This document shows positions 34,530 to 44,006 of a stretch of DNA of 64,000 nucleotides, piece after piece. Numbering within the stretch: the stretch's first letter is position 1; each line of letters starts with the position of its first letter. Source of the DNA: Candidatus Azambacteria bacterium (GTDB lineage: Bacteria; Patescibacteriota; Minisyncoccia; GWC2-36-17; WO2-46-25); NCBI GenBank assembly GCA_016234725.1, contig JACRAK010000025.1, positions 5,713-69,712 on the forward strand, read 5' to 3'. The position numbers and the translations under genes are program-made. Below the pieces are notes generated by a model, which made no database searches, was not told where the DNA came from, and was given only the letters and a program-made list of their open reading frames with translations.

Positions 34530-35594
34530 ATGTTAGAGAATAGATTGAACAAAAGAATAAAACTTTCCAATAAGATCCTTTTGAAAATCGCAGAGATAGA
34601 CGAGCTGAAAGGAAAGTGGAGTGGTTCACTTGCTTTAAATCCGCGCATTTTGGGGCAGTTAAAGCGTTCTGTGATCATCACAAGCACGGGTTCTTCAACG
34701 CGTATTGAGGGCGCGCGAATGACCGATAAAGATGTTGATCGGTTTTTGCGAGGATTAAATCAGAATGCTCCAAAAGGGCGAGACGAAGAAGAGGTTGCGG
34801 GATACGCCGATATTCTCGGAAGAATTTTTGATCATTATGATTCACTGAAAATAACAGAGGGCGGAATACTGCACCTGCATGATCTTATGCTGAAGTTTTC
34901 TAAAAAAGACGAGCGCCATAGGGGAAAGTATAAGATACAGGACAATACGGTAGCGATCGTGGAAAAAGGAGAGGTCAAGAAGATCCTTTTTAATCCAACG
35001 CCGCCATGGCTTGTAAAAAAAGAAATGGACGATGTGCTGTCGTGGGTGAAGGAAAATACAGAGAAAAAAGATATTCATCCGCTTGTTGTCATTTCAAATT
35101 TTATTTTTGAATTTCTTGCGATACATCCGTTTGAAGATGGAAACGGGCGTCTTTCGCGCGCATTAATAAATCTTATGCTCTTACAGCAAGGATATGCATT
35201 TGTCCCGTATGTATCACTGGAAGAGATCATTGAAAGCAGACAGTCGGAATATTATATCTCATTGAGAGAAACGCAAAAAAATCATAAAACCGATAATGAA
35301 AATATAGAACCATGGCTGTTGTTTTTTTTGGATTGCGTGCTTACACAAACAAAACAAGCATTAAAGCTTCTTTTAGGGAATGATCCTGTTAAACTTCTTT
35401 CTGAAATGCAAAAGCAAATTTATGATCAGTTTATTTCAGATAGCGAATTAAGCGCATCAGAGATACAGCGGGTAACGCATATTTCACTTGCAACAGTAAA
35501 ACAAGCATTATCGCGATTAGTGGAGCATGGGCTCATTGAGCGGCTAGGACAGGGTCGCTCTACACGATATAAGCGTCATCATAGTGTTTTATAG
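34530..35594 (+). CDS. Fic/DOC family protein with a C-terminal winged-HTH
   Basis: Fic motif HPFEDGNGRLSRA and a C-terminal wHTH (..RLVEHGLIERLGQGRSTRY). Confidence 0.75.
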   Translation: MLENRLNKRIKLSNKILLKIAEIDELKGKWSGSLALNPRILGQLKRSVIITSTGSSTRIEGARMTDKDVDRFLRGLNQNAPKGRDEEEVAGYADILGRIFDHYDSLKITEGGILHLHDLMLKFSKKDERHRGKYKIQDNTVAIVEKGEVKKILFNPTPPWLVKKEMDDVLSWVKENTEKKDIHPLVVISNFIFEFLAIHPFEDGNGRLSRALINLMLLQQGYAFVPYVSLEEIIESRQSEYYISLRETQKNHKTDNENIEPWLLFFLDCVLTQTKQALKLLLGNDPVKLLSEMQKQIYDQFISDSELSASEIQRVTHISLATVKQALSRLVEHGLIERLGQGRSTRYKRHHSVL

Positions 35595-35790
35595 TATTAT
35601 CCGTTTATTTTTGAGGTGATGATTTTCCTCGGGAGGTTTGATGTGGGATGAGCTGTATAACTGTTTTAGACGGTAAGTATGTGCAAAAAATACACATAGT
35701 AAATTTAATAAGGCACTTGTTTGAGGCCCACAGTGCTCCCATAGTGCGACGGGAAAGCGCGCACTAGAAATATGTCTTAGGAATCTTTCA

Positions 35791-36384
35791 ATGTTGCTGT
35801 ATAATGGCGGGTATATGCAGCGGTACATTATATTGCACGATAAAAAAGTTGATTATACCCTGCGCACAAGCAGGCGGGCGCGGAGGATGCGCCTTTCGGT
35901 GGGCTGCGACGGGTCCGTCGTGGTGACGACGCCGTTTGGGTTTGCGGAGTCTGTTGCGGAACGGTTCATCCGCGAAAAGGCGCGATGGCTTTTTGCCAAG
36001 ATCTCTTTTTTTAAACAATTTGAGGGGCGGGTTATCGTGCGCCATACCAAAGCCGATTATGCGAAATACAAAAAAGACGCGCATGCGTTTGCCTGTGCAC
36101 GCGTGGACCATTTCAATGCGATGTATGGGTTTCGGTTTAACCGGATAACTATTAGAAATCAGAAGACGCGCTGGGGGAGTTGTTCACGGAACAGGAATCT
36201 GAATTTTAATTATAAGATAGCATTGTTACCCCAGCGACTCACCGACTATATCATCGTGCATGAATTGTGCCATCTCGGAGAATTCAATCATTCAAGAAAG
36301 TTTTGGGCACTTGTAGCGCAGGCAATGCCCGACCATGCCGAGCTGAGAAAGGAATTAAAAAGGAACAGGATCATGTTTCAATAA
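35791..36384 (+). CDS. YgjP-like (DUF45) zinc metallohydrolase
   Basis: HExxH in VHELCHLGEFNHSRKFW, matching the PF01863 pattern. Confidence 0.6.
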   Translation: MLLYNGGYMQRYIILHDKKVDYTLRTSRRARRMRLSVGCDGSVVVTTPFGFAESVAERFIREKARWLFAKISFFKQFEGRVIVRHTKADYAKYKKDAHAFACARVDHFNAMYGFRFNRITIRNQKTRWGSCSRNRNLNFNYKIALLPQRLTDYIIVHELCHLGEFNHSRKFWALVAQAMPDHAELRKELKRNRIMFQ

Positions 36385-36412
36385 AAAATTGGCCGTTTGA
36401 TCAGATTGTTTA

Positions 36413-38407
36413 TTGATGCCTTATGTTGCTATACTAAAGTCATCTCAGAAAAGCTATTTAAAAGAAACAATGAGGGGAAAGCAGAAGAAAATTGTTAACA
36501 CAGGGATCATCGGTATCGCTTCGACGGGTACGGGGTATGTGACCTCTGCCGGGTTCGATGCGGATATCCTTATCGAACCGCATTTTCTCAACACCGCGCT
36601 GAACGGCGACGAGGTGGAATTTGCCGTGTTTCCCCAAACGAGCAAAGAAAAGATGACCGGTGAGATAACACGGGTGTTGCGGAGGGCAAAAGCGGAATTC
36701 GTGGGAACCGTGGACAAAGGAAAAGAAGGAACTTTGTGTTTTGTCGTCCCCGATGACAAGAAAATGTATACGGACATTCTCATTTTACCCGCCGAGTCAA
36801 AACGCATACACGACAACGTGAAGGTGCTGGTGCGGATCGTGCGGTGGAATGACCCGCGAAAAAACCCGGAAGGCAAAATTGTGAAAGTGCTCGGAAAAAA
36901 AGGAGACAATAACGTGGAGATGGAATCCATTGTGCTTGAAAAAGGGTTTCAGATGGGCTTCCCGCACAGGGTTGAGCGTGAGGCTGAGGCGCTCGAAAAA
37001 AGCTCAAAACCGATACCGCACAAAGATGTCGAACAGAGGCGAGATTTTAGGGAGGCCACCACATTTACCATTGACCCAGCCGATGCGAAAGATTTTGACG
37101 ACGCGCTTTCGCTTCACGCCGTTGGCGAGAATATGTTTGAGATAGGCGTGCATATCGCCGATGTGTCGCATTATGTCAGAGAGGGAAGCGAGCTTGATGC
37201 GGAGGCGATACGTCGTGGCGTCTCCATGTATCTTGTGGACAGGACCATTCCGATGTTGCCGGAGGTTTTGTCGAACGATATGTGCAGTTTGAATCCTCGC
37301 GAGGATAAATTGACGTTTTCGGCCGTGATGACGATGTCTGGGGACGGACATATCAAAAAAGTGTGGCTGGGGAGGACTATCATCAATTCAAACAAACGAT
37401 TTACATACGAAGAAGCGCAAAAAACGCTGGATGCAAAGACCGGCGAATATTATCTTGAATTGCATCGGCTGAATACGCTGGCGAAGCTATTGAGAAAAAA
37501 GAGAATGGAGGGGGGCGCGGTGGATTTTGAAAAAGAGGAAGTGAAATTCAAGCTCGATGCGAAGGGGAAGCCCGTGAGCATCGAGGAAAAGCCGATACTC
37601 GATGCGCACAAGCTCGTGGAGGAGTTTATGATCTTGGCCAATAAGGAAGTGGCAACGTATTTAAGCAGGGAAATAAAGCGGATAAATAGGGGGGCTTCGA
37701 TCTACCGTACGCACGATGTGCCGAAAAAAGAAGCCGTACAAGAGCTTTTGTTTTTCTTGCGGATGATGGGGCATGAGATAATGACCGAAGGAAAAAGCAT
37801 TTCATCGAAAGAATTGAACGAGATATTCAAAAAGATAAAAGGCATGCCGGAGGAGTCGCTGGTGAAGACTGTCGCGATGCGGTCTATGGCAAAAGCGGTG
37901 TATTCCATTAAAAATATCGGGCATTACGGGCTTGCCCTCGAACATTACACGCATTTCACGTCGCCCATCAGGCGATATGCCGATATCTTGGTGCACCGCA
38001 TATTGCAAAAGCACTTGCATGGCGGGCATCTTGGCAAGCAGGAGGCCGCGCGATACCACAGCGTTGCGGAGGCGTTATCGCAGAGGGAGGTTGACGCCGC
38101 CGACGCAGAACGATCGTCCATCGCATACAAGCAGGTGGAATATATGCTTGAGAGAGTCGGGGGCGTGTACGAGGGGGTAATTTCCGGCATCACGAATTGG
38201 GGAGTGTATGTGGAGGAGTCGCGCACGAAGGCAAGCGGCATGGTGAAATTCAAAGATATGAAAGACGATATGTATATTTTCAATAAAGAAACATATTCTC
38301 TTGTGGGAAAAAGAACCAAGAAGAAATATTCCATCGGAGACGAAGTGAAAATAAAAGTCGTCGGCGGCGACCTGGAAAGAAAAACCTTGGATTATATATT
38401 TGCGTAA
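36413..38407 (+). CDS. rnr: Ribonuclease R / RNB-family 3'-5' exoribonuclease
   Basis: RNB catalytic motif HYGLALEHYTHFTSPIRRYADILVHR, N-terminal OB/cold-shock region, C-terminal S1-like region (..YEGVISGITNWGVYVEE..). Confidence 0.8.
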   Translation: MMPYVAILKSSQKSYLKETMRGKQKKIVNTGIIGIASTGTGYVTSAGFDADILIEPHFLNTALNGDEVEFAVFPQTSKEKMTGEITRVLRRAKAEFVGTVDKGKEGTLCFVVPDDKKMYTDILILPAESKRIHDNVKVLVRIVRWNDPRKNPEGKIVKVLGKKGDNNVEMESIVLEKGFQMGFPHRVEREAEALEKSSKPIPHKDVEQRRDFREATTFTIDPADAKDFDDALSLHAVGENMFEIGVHIADVSHYVREGSELDAEAIRRGVSMYLVDRTIPMLPEVLSNDMCSLNPREDKLTFSAVMTMSGDGHIKKVWLGRTIINSNKRFTYEEAQKTLDAKTGEYYLELHRLNTLAKLLRKKRMEGGAVDFEKEEVKFKLDAKGKPVSIEEKPILDAHKLVEEFMILANKEVATYLSREIKRINRGASIYRTHDVPKKEAVQELLFFLRMMGHEIMTEGKSISSKELNEIFKKIKGMPEESLVKTVAMRSMAKAVYSIKNIGHYGLALEHYTHFTSPIRRYADILVHRILQKHLHGGHLGKQEAARYHSVAEALSQREVDAADAERSSIAYKQVEYMLERVGGVYEGVISGITNWGVYVEESRTKASGMVKFKDMKDDMYIFNKETYSLVGKRTKKKYSIGDEVKIKVVGGDLERKTLDYIFA

Positions 38408-38739
38408 TGGATGCTATGCCGGAAATCATAGTGTGCTCTTCGTGCCAGGCGGTTGCTCCTGCTGAAGCGAACTTTTGCGCGCAGTGCGGGAAAAAGTTAA
38501 AAAATGCTCCGCTTTCAACGTCGGTCGGAAAGCAGATATTTATTTATCTGGTGAGTTTTTTTCTTGCGCCATTTGGGCTCGGATACGCATTCATATATCT
38601 GAAACAGCCCGATGCAAAAGCGCGGACGATCGGGGCCGTTTCGTTGGCGCTGACAGCGTGTGCGATCGTCGCGGTGATCTGGATCGCGACGGCATTCATG
38701 AAGTCGCTGTACGGACAATTCAACACCCTTAATTTTTGA
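38407..38739 (+). CDS. Zinc-ribbon plus two-TM small membrane protein
   Basis: CSSCQ...CAQCG zinc ribbon followed by two hydrophobic helices. Start overlaps the rnr stop. Confidence 0.4.
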   Translation: MDAMPEIIVCSSCQAVAPAEANFCAQCGKKLKNAPLSTSVGKQIFIYLVSFFLAPFGLGYAFIYLKQPDAKARTIGAVSLALTACAIVAVIWIATAFMKSLYGQFNTLNF

Positions 38740-38786
38740 GCGTAGCGCGCTGTATCGGCATGCATCTCGGTTTCTGAAAAAGAAAA

Positions 38787-38818
38787 ACAGGGCGGCGAAA
38801 ATGCCACCCTGTTTTTTA
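38787..38818. terminator. Bidirectional rho-independent terminator
   Basis: ACAGGGCGGCGAAAATGCCACCCTGT hairpin with an A-run before and a T-run after. Sits between convergent genes. Confidence 0.65.
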
Positions 38819-39697
38819 TCGGGAAAGAACCGGGAACGGACCAAAGGAGAGGTATTTGTCGACGCAGGAAATGAATTTTTTCATAGCGCGCTGTGCGGCG
38901 GCCTGCTCTTGCTCCTTCACTTCTATTTCAATGGCGAAGTTGTAGGTGTGGTTGCCGGTGTGAACGGAGTGGATCTGAATAAGATTCAGTCCTTCCCTTT
39001 CAAATGGCTGAAGTGATCTTACCAATGCGCCCGGCGTGTGCGGCACCTTGTAGGTGATGAGCATGCGATTTTGTTTTCCGGGCGATATCGGGTGCGTCGA
39101 GGGCGCGATGAGGAAAAACGTCGTTATTGCCTCTCGGTCTTCGAATGCGCCGTGTACAATGGATAGGCCATACTTCTTTGCGGCCGAGCGCGGACCGAGC
39201 GCGGCGCAGCCGGCGTAATCGTTATTTTCAGCGATACGCCTGGTAGCTTCGCCGTTACTTTCCGCATTTGCTGTTGTCGCTCCCAGCAGGGCGATCCTTT
39301 TTGCGCATGCGCCGAGTGCCTTGGGATGCGCAATGATCGTGGTGATGTTGCCCGGAGAAACTCCGGGACGAACCATGAGGCAGAAATGAAGCCGCAGGCG
39401 GATCGCTCCGACTATGCGAAACGGACAATCATCCGTTTTTGCATATGCTTTGAGCAGATCAATGAAAGATTCGAGCGGCTCTGCCACCCTGCCTTCCGCC
39501 AATGTTTCCATGGCGATGGTGCCGTATCCGCCGTGATGCGCGATAAGCGCCAGGACATCTCCGTTTGACGATGCCGGTATATATCGCACGCGCCTTTGAT
39601 CGGTGATCGGCGGCGCATCGAATATTTTCGCAAGGATGCGGTATGCATTATGCGAGAATGTTGCCCCACAAGGGCCAAGAAATGTGACGGTGTACAT
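38816..39697 (-). CDS. pheA: Prephenate dehydratase
   Basis: PDT domain (YTVTFLGPCGATFSH..) and C-terminal ACT domain (..ITYKVPHTPGALVRSLQPFEREGLNLIQIHS..). Confidence 0.75.
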   Translation of the reverse strand: MYTVTFLGPCGATFSHNAYRILAKIFDAPPITDQRRVRYIPASSNGDVLALIAHHGGYGTIAMETLAEGRVAEPLESFIDLLKAYAKTDDCPFRIVGAIRLRLHFCLMVRPGVSPGNITTIIAHPKALGACAKRIALLGATTANAESNGEATRRIAENNDYAGCAALGPRSAAKKYGLSIVHGAFEDREAITTFFLIAPSTHPISPGKQNRMLITYKVPHTPGALVRSLQPFEREGLNLIQIHSVHTGNHTYNFAIEIEVKEQEQAAAQRAMKKFISCVDKYLSFGPFPVLSR

Positions 39698-39749
39698 GTT
39701 CCCCCTCCTTTTTATAGTGTGTTGTCAATGTGCCGTATATCAAACAAAA

Positions 39750-39782
39750 AAGCCGCTTCCCGAAGGGGGAGAGCGGCTTTTG
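39750..39782 (-). terminator. Orphan rho-independent terminator, strongest on the minus strand
   Basis: AGCCGCTTCCCGAAGGGGGAGAGCGGCT hairpin; the minus-strand read-out is followed by TTTTTTGTTTG. No minus-strand CDS lies upstream of it. Confidence 0.4.
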
Positions 39783-39967
39783 TGAAAAATATGTGTGCGC
39801 TACACCACCCTTCGGTTTTCCGAGGCAAAAGGAATAAACCAGAAAAATGATGATGTGTGCTGTTACTCTATACTATGCGGTATATTTTTGCAATAGCCGT
39901 TTGCGCAATGCGCAGGCGCCGATATGGTTGATTTTTCCGTGAAAAAGCGGTATAATTTGCGGCTAGT

Positions 39968-41755
39968 ATGAAGCGAGGTCAAAACATTTCATCACGTGCT
40001 GTATTTACCGCATTTTGGCGGGGCATTTCGCCGTATAAATGGCCGTTTTTTGTCAGTATTTTCGGTTTTATCGTGGGAATGACGGTGAATGTGTTCGTGC
40101 CGATCTTATACAAGGAATTTTTCGATGTATTAAGCACAAGCATTGATAAAGGCATTGCGGTTCCATCGCTCGTGCGCATCGTGGTGTATGTTGCGGCGCT
40201 GCACGGGTTGAGTTTTGTGTTATATCGGGGAGGCCTGTTTTTGTATAACACGTCCACCTCAAAGATCATGGCGCGCCTGCGGCAAGACGCATTCAATTAT
40301 ATGATGCTCCATTCGTATGGGTTTTTCGCGAGCAATTTTACCGGGAGTTTGGTGCAAAGGGTGAACCGGTTCAGCCGGTCGTTTGAGCGCATTGCCGATA
40401 CGATAGCATTCAATGTTATTTCGCTTGTTATTGCGGTTGTCGGTGCTATTGCGGTGACGCTGGTGGTGGTGCCGGCCATTGCGCTGATCATCGTGCTCTG
40501 GATCGCCATTTTCGTGCCGTTTCATATTTTGTTTGCCCGGTGGAAGCAAAAATATGATGTGCTTGTCGCGGCGGCGGATTCAAAAACGACCGGCGTGCTC
40601 GCCGACAGCATCACCAATCAGAACGCGATAACGCTGTTTACCGGGTATCAGCACGAGGTGGATTATTTTAAAACGGTAACGGAGGACCAAGCAAAAAGGG
40701 CGCGTTTTTCATGGAACCTGGGCGCCGGGGTGGAAATGGTGCAGATGCTTTTGGTGTATGCGGTGGAGTTCGCGGTGTTTTATTATGCTATTTTCTTTTG
40801 GCAAAAAGGAGAGATCACGATCGGTGTGTTCGTGCTTGCACAGGCGTATATCATCGGCTTGTCACAGCAGTTGTGGGGCATCAGCAGGGTCATGCGCGAT
40901 TTTTATGAAGGTATGGCGGATTCGCGGGAAATGGTAGATATTTTTTCATTGCCCTATGAGGTGAAGGATACGCCGCATGCGGCGCCGCTCGTTGTCTCAT
41001 CCGGCGCGATCGCGTTTAAGAACGTATCGTTCAATTTCAACGAAACGCGGACGGTGCTTCATGATATCACTACGGATATTCAGGCGGGCGAGAAGATCGC
41101 GCTCGTGGGGCCGTCGGGCGCGGGGAAGACGACGTTCATCCGGCTCATTTTGCGCATGTATGATCCTACGAAAGGCGCGATATCTATCGACGGGCAGGAT
41201 ATAAAAACAGTGACGCAGGAAAGCTTGCACGCGCATGTGAGTTTGGTGCCGCAGGATCCGGTGCTGTTTCACCGAACGCTGATGGAAAATATCCGCTACG
41301 GCAGGCGCGATGCGACAGATGAAGAAGTGATGCGCGCGGCGAAGCTTGCGCACTGCGACGAGTTCATCGACCAATTGCCGGAAAAATACGGAACGTTCGT
41401 GGGCGAGCGCGGCATTAAATTGTCGGGCGGGGAGCGCCAGCGCGTTGCCATTGCCCGCGCTATTTTGAAGAACGCGCCGATCCTTATTTTGGATGAAGCG
41501 ACATCGTCACTTGATTCTCATTCAGAATCTCTTATTCAAGACGCACTCGATACGCTTATGCGCAGATGCACGACCATTGTCATCGCGCACCGGCTTTCGA
41601 CGATCAGAAAGATGGACCGTATTGTGGTCATGGAGCACGGCACGATCCGTGAAGAGGGAACGCATGACGAGCTCATAAAGAAAGAAGGAAGCTTGTATCA
41701 GAAACTCTGGCAGCTCCAAGTAAGCGGTTTCATGCAGGAAGAAGGCGAGGAATAG
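39968..41755 (+). CDS. ABC exporter, fused permease/ATPase (MsbA-like)
   Basis: Six-TM N-terminal domain; Walker A GPSGAGKTT, signature LSGGERQR, Walker B ILILDEATS. Confidence 0.85.
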   Translation: MKRGQNISSRAVFTAFWRGISPYKWPFFVSIFGFIVGMTVNVFVPILYKEFFDVLSTSIDKGIAVPSLVRIVVYVAALHGLSFVLYRGGLFLYNTSTSKIMARLRQDAFNYMMLHSYGFFASNFTGSLVQRVNRFSRSFERIADTIAFNVISLVIAVVGAIAVTLVVVPAIALIIVLWIAIFVPFHILFARWKQKYDVLVAAADSKTTGVLADSITNQNAITLFTGYQHEVDYFKTVTEDQAKRARFSWNLGAGVEMVQMLLVYAVEFAVFYYAIFFWQKGEITIGVFVLAQAYIIGLSQQLWGISRVMRDFYEGMADSREMVDIFSLPYEVKDTPHAAPLVVSSGAIAFKNVSFNFNETRTVLHDITTDIQAGEKIALVGPSGAGKTTFIRLILRMYDPTKGAISIDGQDIKTVTQESLHAHVSLVPQDPVLFHRTLMENIRYGRRDATDEEVMRAAKLAHCDEFIDQLPEKYGTFVGERGIKLSGGERQRVAIARAILKNAPILILDEATSSLDSHSESLIQDALDTLMRRCTTIVIAHRLSTIRKMDRIVVMEHGTIREEGTHDELIKKEGSLYQKLWQLQVSGFMQEEGEE

Positions 41756-41792
41756 TTTTATTTTTATGGCGGCGGTGTAGTATGCTATTACT

Positions 41793-42134
41793 ATGATAAA
41801 ACTGTTTCACGAGATGGCAGGGTCAAAAAAGATCGTGGTGTATGTGCCGCTTCCGCATGCGGATGCGGTGCGCGCGGCGATCGGCGAAGCGGGCGGCGGA
41901 AAATTGGGTAATTATTCGCTGTGCAGTTTTTCGGTGCGCGGTATGGGGCGGTTCCGGCCTGATGCGGGAGCGAACCCGCACATCGGAGAGGTCGGAAGGA
42001 TCAAACAGGTGGAAGAAGAACGCATCGAAGTGACATGCGCACCTGACGTGATAGGGAAGGTGATCGCCGCTATTAAAGCAGCGCACCCCTACGAAGAGAT
42101 AGCGATGGATGTGTACGCGCTTGAAAATTGGTAA
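41793..42134 (+). CDS. Small PII/CutA-like fold protein (uncharacterised)
   Basis: 113 aa with [24 protein letters not shown]...[16 protein letters not shown]. The family assignment is tentative. Confidence 0.3.
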   Translation: MIKLFHEMAGSKKIVVYVPLPHADAVRAAIGEAGGGKLGNYSLCSFSVRGMGRFRPDAGANPHIGEVGRIKQVEEERIEVTCAPDVIGKVIAAIKAAHPYEEIAMDVYALENW

Positions 42135-42400
42135 TGCGAAAGAGTAAGCCAGATCATTTCGTCTATATCCTTACATGCGCCGATGACACGCTGTATGTCG
42201 GTTCGACCAATGATCTGGCAAAGCGGGTTCTCCAGCACAACACCGCAAAGGCGGGTGCGCATTATACGAAGATCCGGCGGCCGGTGACGCTCGCGTATTC
42301 TGAAACGGTGAAAACGCTTTTGCAAGCGCGCCGGCGAGAAGCTGAGATTAAACGCTGGCCCAGAGAAAAGAAAATTGCGCTGATAAAGTCCGGCGCATAA
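42134..42400 (+). CDS. GIY-YIG nuclease family small protein (UPF0213/YhbQ-like), second paralog
   Basis: [28 protein letters not shown]. Start overlaps the upstream stop (TAATG). Confidence 0.6.
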   Translation: MRKSKPDHFVYILTCADDTLYVGSTNDLAKRVLQHNTAKAGAHYTKIRRPVTLAYSETVKTLLQARRREAEIKRWPREKKIALIKSGA

Positions 42401-42500
42401 CCCTTTCTTTTTTGAGAGAAAGTGTGTTAGTATGTGGGCTTACTAGATACATATGTACTGAAAATCCCGCTTTTTTGCGGGATTGTAACTCTGCTTCGTT

Positions 42501-43955
42501 ATGGCTCAAAATGAAATCATTATCAGATTTGACGAGGTGTCCTTTGAATACGGACACACCAAGCCCATTTTACATGAGGTGAGTTTTTCGGTGCGCCGGG
42601 GGATGAAGATCGCGCTTATGGGGCAGAATGGCGCGGGTAAAAGCACCCTCTTTTCTTTGATAACAAGGGAGGCGAGGCCGGAATCGGGGAAGGTGAGCAT
42701 TGATGCGGGACTTTCCATCGCGACCGCGCGCCAGGTCATTCCGCGCGACCAATTGGATCTGACGGTGCGGGAATTCTTTGAAAAATGCTTTCCAAAGAAA
42801 GTATATGACATCGATCCGCGGATCGATGCGGTGCTCGAGGTGGTGCATCTTTCCGCGCCTCACGAGAGGACTATCAAGTCATTTTCGGGCGGCCAGCAGG
42901 CGCGCTTGTTACTTGCGTCCGCGCTCATTCAGGATCCTGATATTTTACTGCTCGATGAGCCGACCAATAACTTGGACAAGGCGGGCATCGCGCATCTCAC
43001 GGATTTTCTTAAAAAATATCAAAAGACGGTCATCGTCATTTCGCATGATGCCGGATTTTTAAATGCATTTACCGACGGCGTTTTGTATCTCGATGTGTTC
43101 ACCAAAAAGATCGAGTATTATGCGGGGAATTATCTTGATGTGGTGAAAGATATATCCGCGCGCATAGAAAAAGAGAACAGTAAGAACGCCCAGCTTGCAA
43201 AAGAGATCCAGGAGAATAAGGATAAGGCGAATTTTTTCGCGCAAAAAGGAGGAGGGATGCGCATGGTGGCAAAGCGCATGCGTGAAAAAGCGGATGCGCT
43301 CGAAGAAGAGAAAGTGGACGTGCGAAGAGAAGATAAAACGATCCGTCCGTTTCACATACCCATGCAGCAGGACTTGATGGGAGAGATCATTCGCATCACC
43401 TCGTTCACCACGTTAAAAAATCATAAACCCATAACGCATAAGGCAAAAATCTCATTGAAGAAAAATGAGCATTTGTTGCTTTCCGGCCCCAACGGTATCG
43501 GCAAAAGCACACTGCTTGAGGTTATCGCGAAAGGCACGTCTCCAAGGGTGACCGTGGCGCCCGATGTAAAGATCGGGTATTACCGGCAGGATTTTTCCAC
43601 GCTTAATTTTGACGATACGGTGTACGATTCGCTTTTATCTGTAATGCAAAAGCAGGACGAGCATGAAATGCGCTCGGTTGCCGCCGGTTTTCTTATCACG
43701 GCAGACGCTATGCGTACGAAGATCGGAAGCTTATCGGAGGGGCAGAAAGGACTGGTCGCGTTTGCGCGGCTCGTGCTGCAAAAGCCGGGACTTCTCATTT
43801 TTGATGAGCCGACCAATCATATCAATTTCCGCCATATCCCACTCATCGCCGAGGCGCTTAATACGTATCAGGGCGCAATGATCCTCGTGAGCCATGTGCC
43901 GTCATTCGTAAAAAAGATCCGCATCGACGAAACACTTGATCTGGAGGCGCTATAG
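42501..43955 (+). CDS. ABC-F family ATPase (tandem ABC domains, EttA/Uup-like)
   Basis: Two nucleotide-binding domains (GQNGAGKST...LSGGQQARL...LLLDEPTN and GPNGIGKST...LSEGQKGL...LIFDEPTNH) with no TM domain. Confidence 0.8.
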   Translation: MAQNEIIIRFDEVSFEYGHTKPILHEVSFSVRRGMKIALMGQNGAGKSTLFSLITREARPESGKVSIDAGLSIATARQVIPRDQLDLTVREFFEKCFPKKVYDIDPRIDAVLEVVHLSAPHERTIKSFSGGQQARLLLASALIQDPDILLLDEPTNNLDKAGIAHLTDFLKKYQKTVIVISHDAGFLNAFTDGVLYLDVFTKKIEYYAGNYLDVVKDISARIEKENSKNAQLAKEIQENKDKANFFAQKGGGMRMVAKRMREKADALEEEKVDVRREDKTIRPFHIPMQQDLMGEIIRITSFTTLKNHKPITHKAKISLKKNEHLLLSGPNGIGKSTLLEVIAKGTSPRVTVAPDVKIGYYRQDFSTLNFDDTVYDSLLSVMQKQDEHEMRSVAAGFLITADAMRTKIGSLSEGQKGLVAFARLVLQKPGLLIFDEPTNHINFRHIPLIAEALNTYQGAMILVSHVPSFVKKIRIDETLDLEAL

Positions 43956-44006
43956 GATAATCGTCATAATCATACAAAAACCCCGCTGATCGAGCGGAGT
44001 TTTTTG

